In this document: piece after piece, positions 18,991 through 25,626 of the stretch
Position numbering within the stretch: position 1 is the first letter of the stretch
How the letters are laid out: every line of letters begins with the position of its first letter
Origin: Promethearchaeota archaeon
Lineage (GTDB): Archaea; Asgardarchaeota; Lokiarchaeia; Sigyniarchaeales; SOKP01
Length of the DNA: 25,626 nt
Assembly (NCBI GenBank): GCA_011364975.1
Contig: RDOE01000051.1
Location: 1-25,626, forward strand
Direction: 5' to 3'
Notes under the pieces: generated by a model
What the model was told of the DNA's origin: nothing
What the model saw: only the letters and a program-made list of their open reading frames with translations
Databases searched by the model: none
Program-made: the position numbers and the translations under genes

Positions 18991-21333
18991 TTATGATGAA
19001 ATAACTTCATATAAGATATAATCAGAATTCTCAAATATTTGATTAAAATAATTAGAGTACGCTAACGATTGAAATAAGAGAGATTTGGATTTGATTTGTT
19101 GTATATACGAATTATAATAGAGATTTGCTTCCGCTGGAACTACTATAAATTTAATCGGTAAAATAATATCTAGGTTCATATCTGAAAGATAAATGTGTTT
19201 AATAGGATCCTGTAATATCTCCACAATTTCTGCAAGGTCTGATCCCTCCATGAATGGATTTCCTATAAAGACATTCTGCTGGTAATAAATGTCTACAACT
19301 GGTTGTCCGACAAAGAATTGTAAACCTGGTGTTCGTACAGTCATTATTGCGGAAAATGGTTGATTTTGCTGTAAAATCACATTAACTAATTCTTTGTATT
19401 CTGGTCTATATTCATATTCTATTATTCCCTGAAATTCCTCAATATTCCCTTGACTATAGATAAGTAAATATGATTGGACTACAATCGGAATGAGAATTGT
19501 CATTCCAATGAAAAATATTGTGAATCCATTTAATACTATAGTGACATTTCTGCTCTTGAAACGTGTAAAATAGTTTTTCTTCTTCATAATTAAAGTGAAA
19601 ACCACTAGAATTGCTAATCCTACTGCAATTAATATTTCTGGATGGGAATAATAGTCATATGCTGCTTTATTATATGCAAAACCAATAATTTCTTGTGTTT
19701 GGTCTGAAATATCAATAGATTCCAAAGAAAAAAGATAATAGAAACTCGAACATCCCATAAATGCAAATAATGAAATAATTAGGTTATTTAAAGACCTACT
19801 ATCTAAATTTTCTATTATTTGGTTTATCCCCCAAGATACACAGAGAACCATCGGTACTATAATTGGAGCTAGATATCGAATAGAGCCATTAAGATAGTAA
19901 GCGGTCCAAAAACTAAAAAATAGCAGAATCCATATCAATAAAGGAGTAATTGGTTTATAATTTTTAAGAGAGGAAAATTTAGGGGCAATCCAAGGAAGAA
20001 CAAATAATGTCCCTAAAAGAAGGATACTCGTTGCAGAGAAATAATTGACACTATGCATTCTTTCTAGTATCAATAATAAGGGATTATCTGGGGGTAAAGG
20101 GTATTCTAGTATAATTGAATCCGAAATATCAAAGTAAAGAGTGAAAATTTCGTTCCAAACAGAAATCGATTTTGAAATCCTATTTAGCAACCAAAAGCTA
20201 CCAATTAAGGTACCAAGTGCTACTGGAGAAAAGCGCACTAGAAATCCTTTTTTTATTATAGGTTCTTTAAATATTAGAAAAATTGTTAATCCTAATGAGA
20301 TTATAATGGGAAAAATTCCTCCAACAAATATCTTTGTTGCTGAAAGAAAAGACAAATAGAGTGCTAAAGGGATAATTATTGCAATTCGAGTCATTTTTCC
20401 TATCTTTCCTGTTGGCAGCCATAAAATTAAAATAACTGGAAGTAACCAAGAAGTAATTTTTGTAAGTAAAGAAAGAATAATCCCCAAAAGGAGGAATAGA
20501 CCATATTCATGTTTTTCCTGTGTTTTTAGCCATTTATAACTTAGATAACAAGCAAGTGAGAAGAAATAGCAAAGGTATAAATCTTGATAAAATACCCAAT
20601 AATTCATTAACCAATAGGTAAATGGAAGAACAAGAAGAAGTAATGATGAGGTGTAAGCAATCGATTTTTTTGAAAATATTTCTATTGAAAAATCATAAAG
20701 GAGAAATAAAAGCCCCAATAAGAAGACAAAAGGGATTAATTGAATGTGAAACCCTCCAGTTATATAATAAGAATATACAAAAAGCAAAACATGTAGGGGG
20801 CTTTTTACTACTGGTAAAAATGATAAATAATTCACCTCTGTTATTCTTCCAGCTTCAATGAATGTTCTCGCTTCAGGAAAATAATAATATAACGCGTCAA
20901 ATCCTCGAAGTGGCAATATCAATTCAAGAAAAAGATATTCTACTATTAACACCATAATTAGGCCAATACGAATATCTTTCCAATTCTCTAGTGAAAAGCT
21001 CAAGTCTTCTAGTTTTGCTAATAATATTCTCAATCCTTTATAGATGGCCACAATTGTAAGAATCAAACCAAAGACGAAGTAAACTAAAGCCCAACTTTGA
21101 AAATCAATAATTATTAATCCAATTTCTTTATTTGGAAAGTAAAATCTTCCCTCATTTTGAATTCCAATCCAAGTAAAGGGAATTATTAGGATTGCTGTCC
21201 CTAATAGAAGCAATAGATTATAAATCTCAGTTAAACGTAGATTTAATCTTTTGAACTTCTCTAAAAGAAATATACCACTTCCTCCTATGGAAAAAATGGT
21301 AACAATTGGTAAGAGGTCTAAAACTGACGCCAT
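18991..21333 (-). CDS. Polytopic membrane protein, putative GT-C fold (ArnT/PMT-like) glycosyltransferase
   Basis: 780 aa with many TM segments; loop motif PLRGFDALYYYFPEA, then YQDLYL, LLTK, RYLAP and a soluble C-terminal domain. This layout resembles ArnT/PMT-like proteins. Confidence 0.65.
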   Translation of the reverse strand: MASVLDLLPIVTIFSIGGSGIFLLEKFKRLNLRLTEIYNLLLLLGTAILIIPFTWIGIQNEGRFYFPNKEIGLIIIDFQSWALVYFVFGLILTIVAIYKGLRILLAKLEDLSFSLENWKDIRIGLIMVLIVEYLFLELILPLRGFDALYYYFPEARTFIEAGRITEVNYLSFLPVVKSPLHVLLFVYSYYITGGFHIQLIPFVFLLGLLFLLYDFSIEIFSKKSIAYTSSLLLLVLPFTYWLMNYWVFYQDLYLCYFFSLACYLSYKWLKTQEKHEYGLFLLLGIILSLLTKITSWLLPVILILWLPTGKIGKMTRIAIIIPLALYLSFLSATKIFVGGIFPIIISLGLTIFLIFKEPIIKKGFLVRFSPVALGTLIGSFWLLNRISKSISVWNEIFTLYFDISDSIILEYPLPPDNPLLLILERMHSVNYFSATSILLLGTLFVLPWIAPKFSSLKNYKPITPLLIWILLFFSFWTAYYLNGSIRYLAPIIVPMVLCVSWGINQIIENLDSRSLNNLIISLFAFMGCSSFYYLFSLESIDISDQTQEIIGFAYNKAAYDYYSHPEILIAVGLAILVVFTLIMKKKNYFTRFKSRNVTIVLNGFTIFFIGMTILIPIVVQSYLLIYSQGNIEEFQGIIEYEYRPEYKELVNVILQQNQPFSAIMTVRTPGLQFFVGQPVVDIYYQQNVFIGNPFMEGSDLAEIVEILQDPIKHIYLSDMNLDIILPIKFIVVPAEANLYYNSYIQQIKSKSLLFQSLAYSNYFNQIFENSDYILYEVISS

Positions 21334-21611
21334 ATATACAACTCGAACAGTTTTTTCAGTAAAATCACTTAATTACGGGTAATTTTAATGAGTGGTTAAT
21401 TTTGATCACTAATCAGAAATATTAAGGATATATTATTAACTAGAATGTCCTGAATTAAGAATATTGTTTAAGAAAGTTTTGAATGAAAAGTCGTTATTCT
21501 TATTTAGTAGGTAATTTTTATCTCATACACAGAAAATAGGGGTTTTAATTTAGTATTAATAGAATCATGAAGTTTATTTGACTTAAGATTTGAGATCAAG
21601 GTGTTTTATGG

Positions 21612-22784
21612 TTGTTAATTAAATTTCCCTTACGAATTATTGGAAGGAGTCAAAACCATTCTTTCCGGTCTATTATGGGGTACGCATTAATCATAACAAT
21701 GATGATTTCTACTTCTGGGATTATCTCGGGTTTTTCTATTCGAATTTTTGGACTTACTGCTAAAGCGGGGGAATCACCAAGTATATTTATTCAATCTAAA
21801 GATTCAGAGGGTGGTATTTCCCCTAATTTAATCCACCTATTAGTTCATACAAATATTGACAAAATTCTTCCTGTCATTGAAAGAACAACGCATTTCACAT
21901 CATCAGCAAAGTCATTTAATTGTTCTTTTGTTGGCCTAAATATTTCAAAGTTTCTTTCTTATTATATTAATGCTGATATCTATGCTGGAAGAGTTCCAAA
22001 TGCTAGTAGTATCTTGAGAGAATGTATGGTTGGAAAAAATGTCTACAAATTAGCAGGTTCTTCTCTAATTAATATTACGGACGATTATTATTCAGCAAAT
22101 CTTTCTTTACTTGCTGTTGGATTAGTACAAAATGTACAAGAATTTCAGAGTTCTATCATAATAGATCTCTCAAGTTATTATAAATTAGTTCACGACAATT
22201 TAAGTGAGATTAATTATAATAGGATTAAAATAAGACTTAAAAATAGAGTCTTCGTAGAAGAAACAATATCAGAGCTGGAAGAAATTCTGTCTCCTTACAG
22301 GGATTCGATAGAGATTAAACCTGAACAACAGGCAGATGTGTTCACTGCTAGTATATTTACTGATATTCTGAGCAAATTAAATCTTCTTTTCGGAGTTTTA
22401 TTCGTTATTGCCTTGATTCGTGTTTTTCACACGATAACATGGTTTGTAAAAAAATATGAACGAGATTTCTTAATAATGCGAGCCATGGGGTTGTCTTCTT
22501 TACAATTGAGCTTTCTAGTGATATTTCTCGCAGGGATTATAGGAAATGCTGGCTTTATAGTTGGATGTTTTTTTGGTTTTCTTCTTCCTTCCTTATTGGT
22601 CTCAATTCTAACATTATATTTTTCTGGGAGCTTTTTACTTCCAGAATTTGAACTAATTGCCATTATTCCCTTGTTTTTATTTTCCAATTTGATCTCCATT
22701 CTTGCTGGATTATATCCTGCTTTTTCACTTGTAGAGAAGGCTCCTAGCACACTTTCTAGTTCCACTCATACTCAAGATAGGTGA
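21612..22784 (+). CDS. MacB/FtsX-family ABC transporter permease
   Basis: One TM, an extracellular domain (AGRVP, ECMVG), then three TMs with KYERDFLIMRAMGLS and AGLYPA; TTG start with AAGGTG upstream. Confidence 0.85.
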   Translation: MLIKFPLRIIGRSQNHSFRSIMGYALIITMMISTSGIISGFSIRIFGLTAKAGESPSIFIQSKDSEGGISPNLIHLLVHTNIDKILPVIERTTHFTSSAKSFNCSFVGLNISKFLSYYINADIYAGRVPNASSILRECMVGKNVYKLAGSSLINITDDYYSANLSLLAVGLVQNVQEFQSSIIIDLSSYYKLVHDNLSEINYNRIKIRLKNRVFVEETISELEEILSPYRDSIEIKPEQQADVFTASIFTDILSKLNLLFGVLFVIALIRVFHTITWFVKKYERDFLIMRAMGLSSLQLSFLVIFLAGIIGNAGFIVGCFFGFLLPSLLVSILTLYFSGSFLLPEFELIAIIPLFLFSNLISILAGLYPAFSLVEKAPSTLSSSTHTQDR

Positions 22785-22788
22785 AAAA

Positions 22789-25626
22789 ATGCATATCAAC
22801 ATGAATAATCTTATTTTAATAAAAATACGGTTTTTAACACTAAAAGACTCATGGCTTTTCTTACTAGGTATAATTTTTGTTTCAATGACGTCAGGAGCAA
22901 TCGGATCTTTTATCCTTGGCGTCAATGAAGAAGAATTTTTTATAGGTGGAGCTGAAGATATTCTTATTATTACAGAACCAGGACTTACTACTCCAATTAC
23001 TGGACAAGTACCAGAAGCTTTAAAGTTTGATATCGAAAAAATCGATGGAGTAAAAGTTATAAGTCCCGAAGCTCTAGCTTTTACTGTTGCCCAAAATTTG
23101 AATGATAGATCAATTCTTATAAGAGGAATTAGTCCCGAATTCTCTAAATTGTCTCCAATAAGAGTTACTGATGGTTCATGGTTCAGTTCAGACTTCGGAG
23201 GTTCAAAAGAAGAAGTGGTTAATGGAGCGATGATTGGCTACCTTTTAGCTAAAGAAGTTGGTATTGAATGCGGGGATAAACTTCAATTAGCTAGTACACT
23301 TACAGATATCATGCTTGAAATAGTAATTACTGGAATAATAAGTTCTGATTCACCTAGCGATGAAGAGATTTTAGTCAATTTAGAAATAGGAAAATCTTTC
23401 ATAGGAAAAGGAATTTCTTATGTGTCCTTCCTCCGAGTCTTAATTGATGTTGAAAAAATTACAAAAAATGAATTGTTTGGCATTATTAACGCAAACTATA
23501 CACTTACTATGAAATTAATTGCAGATGACCCCGATTTTTTCGAGAGACGTCCTTATGTTCCAGTTATTGTGTATACGTCTTATGGCGCTTATGTTGCTCG
23601 AAAATACGCAAACAATGATAATGTTGTTGATTTTAATTTAAAATTCGGATCATATGAATTTATCGCTTTTCCTGAAAATGATAGAGCTAGTTCTCCCATG
23701 GAGATATTCTTGAATCGTAATTATTCTGACCCTATTGATTTTAAGGTTGGAGGCTCATATTTTGATTTAGGTATCAATGTATCTTTCAATCAAAAACAAG
23801 TTGAAAATGCCCTCGTTACATTAAAAGATCGGTTTGAACCTTCTATTCAAACTTCCTTGCAATCAAATAGCTCTGGTTTAGCTTTATTTGAAAATGTGCA
23901 CGAAGGTCATTATACTCTAATTACGGAATATTTTGGTCTCTCAAACTCCACAAATATTCAAATAAATTCCTCATGCATTATTGATGTTAAAATAGAAAAT
24001 TTTGTGACAATAAATGTATTCAATACTACATCTGGTAAAGTAATTAACGGAGGTACTATTGAATTCTTGCCACTTAATCTTTTAATTACTGATTATATTA
24101 GTGGAAAACCAATTTTCGTTGATCCAGGAAGTTATATGCTAAATTATTCCGTGAATGGACTCTCTAGAGTCTCAAATACAGAAGTAAAAGGTCCTACAAA
24201 CATATCAATTTTTTTAGGTCATTCAAATCTCACAATCCATACATTGGATGATCAAGGTGCTGATTTCAGCTCTGTTAATGTCTCAATCTTTTTGGATGAC
24301 CAGATAATAGAGCAAGATCAGTCTAATATTGAAGGGATATGTCATTTTTATCTGGAATCGGGTTTAAATTATATAATAAATTTTATCTCCCCTTTGAATC
24401 CAATTAGAATTCTAAATGAAACTTTATTTCTCAATTCATCCCAGATCTGTAATTACGAAATTTTAGATGATTATAAACTAAATTTTTTGGTATTCAATGG
24501 AACTATCAGCTCTCCTTCTTTGAGTGGGTTCCCGAACTCCGAAATTACTCTGCTAAAGAATTCCTCTATCATTTTAACTGGAGATACCAATATTAATGGA
24601 TGGTTTAATACTAGTATTTTTTATCCTGGTTATTATTATCTAATCGTCAATTATTTAGATTTTAATTATCAAGGTAAAATTTATTTTCCGTTTAAAAAAA
24701 TAAATGATATTGAGATTCCTCTTGGGAATGTCTACTATTCAGTACTTGCGAAGGCAATAAATGGATATCCAATTAATAATGCCATCATTTCAATTGAAAA
24801 CGATACTTCTATTATTACTACTGGAATTACAAATAGTACTGGATATATAGACTTAATTTTTCCCCCTGGAGAATATACAATTCATCTAAGAAAGGAAAAC
24901 ATCGTTGTCAAAGGAAATGTTACAATTAACATTAGTGGCCGCTTTCGAAGAGAATTAGAAGTAGAATCAAATAGCAATTTAAAGATTATAGTAAATAATC
25001 AATATTCCCAAAAAGTGGCTAAAGCTAATATAAAACTAGTAAATTCCTTCTATAATGTCCAGTATATCGGATTTACTGATATTAATGGGGAATTTATTTA
25101 TTTTAACTTGCCTTGGGGGACATATTCTGCCTCAATATCTTATCAAAATCAAATTTTTCCCACGCAACCACTCGAAATTGCCTGCTCAGATTTAGAACAC
25201 ATTATTTTCATTGAAACTGCAAGTCCCATTGCAGATTTCTCTGAATATAGTATTCAGGGGGAAAGTCAGTTCTCTGTTATTATTTCCACTAGTTATGTAA
25301 CTGGGTTTATTGAAAGCACATTAGCTATAATAGTTACAACGTTAATAAGTTTGATTGTTATTATTTCTGTTCTTTCTCTGCTTTCTATTGCGTCAGTTAT
25401 TTCTCATCCTATTGTATCTAATGAAAAAACCTTACATACATTATATTTATTAGGTGCTACCCGCGAACAATTAACATTTACTGTGGTTACTCAACTTGTT
25501 TTCTTGGGAATCTTCTCGAGCGCTATAGGATCTTTTTTAGGGATGATAGTGATGGTCAGCTTGCCAACACTTAAAGCAGTCAATGTGGGAGGAATAATTA
25601 TCAATCCTGTTATCAATCCTGTTATT
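22789..25626 (+). CDS. Large MacB/FtsX-family permease with inserted prealbumin-like (carboxypeptidase-regulatory-like) repeats; 3' end outside window
   Basis: Not in the ORF track. ATG 22789 follows AGGTGA, and I saw no stop before the window end. MHINMNNLIL... TM; MacB-type extracellular domain (IEKIDGVKVISP, ILIRGI, DGSWF, AMIG..LA..GI..GD); repeats; FtsX motif NEKTLHTLYLLGAT plus TMs. Confidence 0.88.
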   Translation, partial: MHINMNNLILIKIRFLTLKDSWLFLLGIIFVSMTSGAIGSFILGVNEEEFFIGGAEDILIITEPGLTTPITGQVPEALKFDIEKIDGVKVISPEALAFTVAQNLNDRSILIRGISPEFSKLSPIRVTDGSWFSSDFGGSKEEVVNGAMIGYLLAKEVGIECGDKLQLASTLTDIMLEIVITGIISSDSPSDEEILVNLEIGKSFIGKGISYVSFLRVLIDVEKITKNELFGIINANYTLTMKLIADDPDFFERRPYVPVIVYTSYGAYVARKYANNDNVVDFNLKFGSYEFIAFPENDRASSPMEIFLNRNYSDPIDFKVGGSYFDLGINVSFNQKQVENALVTLKDRFEPSIQTSLQSNSSGLALFENVHEGHYTLITEYFGLSNSTNIQINSSCIIDVKIENFVTINVFNTTSGKVINGGTIEFLPLNLLITDYISGKPIFVDPGSYMLNYSVNGLSRVSNTEVKGPTNISIFLGHSNLTIHTLDDQGADFSSVNVSIFLDDQIIEQDQSNIEGICHFYLESGLNYIINFISPLNPIRILNETLFLNSSQICNYEILDDYKLNFLVFNGTISSPSLSGFPNSEITLLKNSSIILTGDTNINGWFNTSIFYPGYYYLIVNYLDFNYQGKIYFPFKKINDIEIPLGNVYYSVLAKAINGYPINNAIISIENDTSIITTGITNSTGYIDLIFPPGEYTIHLRKENIVVKGNVTINISGRFRRELEVESNSNLKIIVNNQYSQKVAKANIKLVNSFYNVQYIGFTDINGEFIYFNLPWGTYSASISYQNQIFPTQPLEIACSDLEHIIFIETASPIADFSEYSIQGESQFSVIISTSYVTGFIESTLAIIVTTLISLIVIISVLSLLSIASVISHPIVSNEKTLHTLYLLGATREQLTFTVVTQLVFLGIFSSAIGSFLGMIVMVSLPTLKAVNVGGIIINPVINPVI
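25598..25625 (+). repeat. 12-bp tandem duplication TTATCAATCCTG x2 (+TTAT), encoding INPV-INPV
   Basis: Read directly from the sequence at the window end. Confidence 0.7.

Noticed and set aside
18991-21333. AglB/STT3 oligosaccharyltransferase
   Set aside because: No WWDxG motif seen.
20141-22925. Short ORFs at 20141, 20267, 20622, 22427 and 22725
   Set aside because: Antisense to long membrane-protein genes; expected by chance.

Overview
AT-rich (roughly 30% GC by eye) archaeal-type surface-glycosylation locus. An Asgard (Heimdallarchaeia/Hodarchaeales-like) source is inferred from GGAGG/AGGTGA ribosome-binding sites, sequon-rich extracellular proteins and the 'IDGN.DF...A...GW.GDGS.ENPY' beta-helix N-cap. 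Left to right: the 3' end of a membrane-protein gene; a WbpD/WbpB/WbpE-like acetyltransferase-dehydrogenase-aminotransferase trio, with the aminotransferase split by a frameshift in a T5 run; four GT4 glycosyltransferases interleaved with three candidate glycan-tailoring enzymes (CapK/PaaK-like ligase whose frame opens at ATA, SAM methyltransferase, DUF362 protein); a Wzx-like flippase; a ~1520 aa protein fusing a parallel beta-helix and an Ig-like domain to a GT-C-like polytopic membrane domain; a convergent 780 aa GT-C-like membrane protein; and two tandem MacB/FtsX-type permeases. The second permease is absent from the ORF track because it runs off the window, and it carries about seven prealbumin-like repeats in its extracellular loop. 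No RNA genes, CRISPR arrays or transposases were recognised. All family calls come from motif recognition by eye, not from searches.
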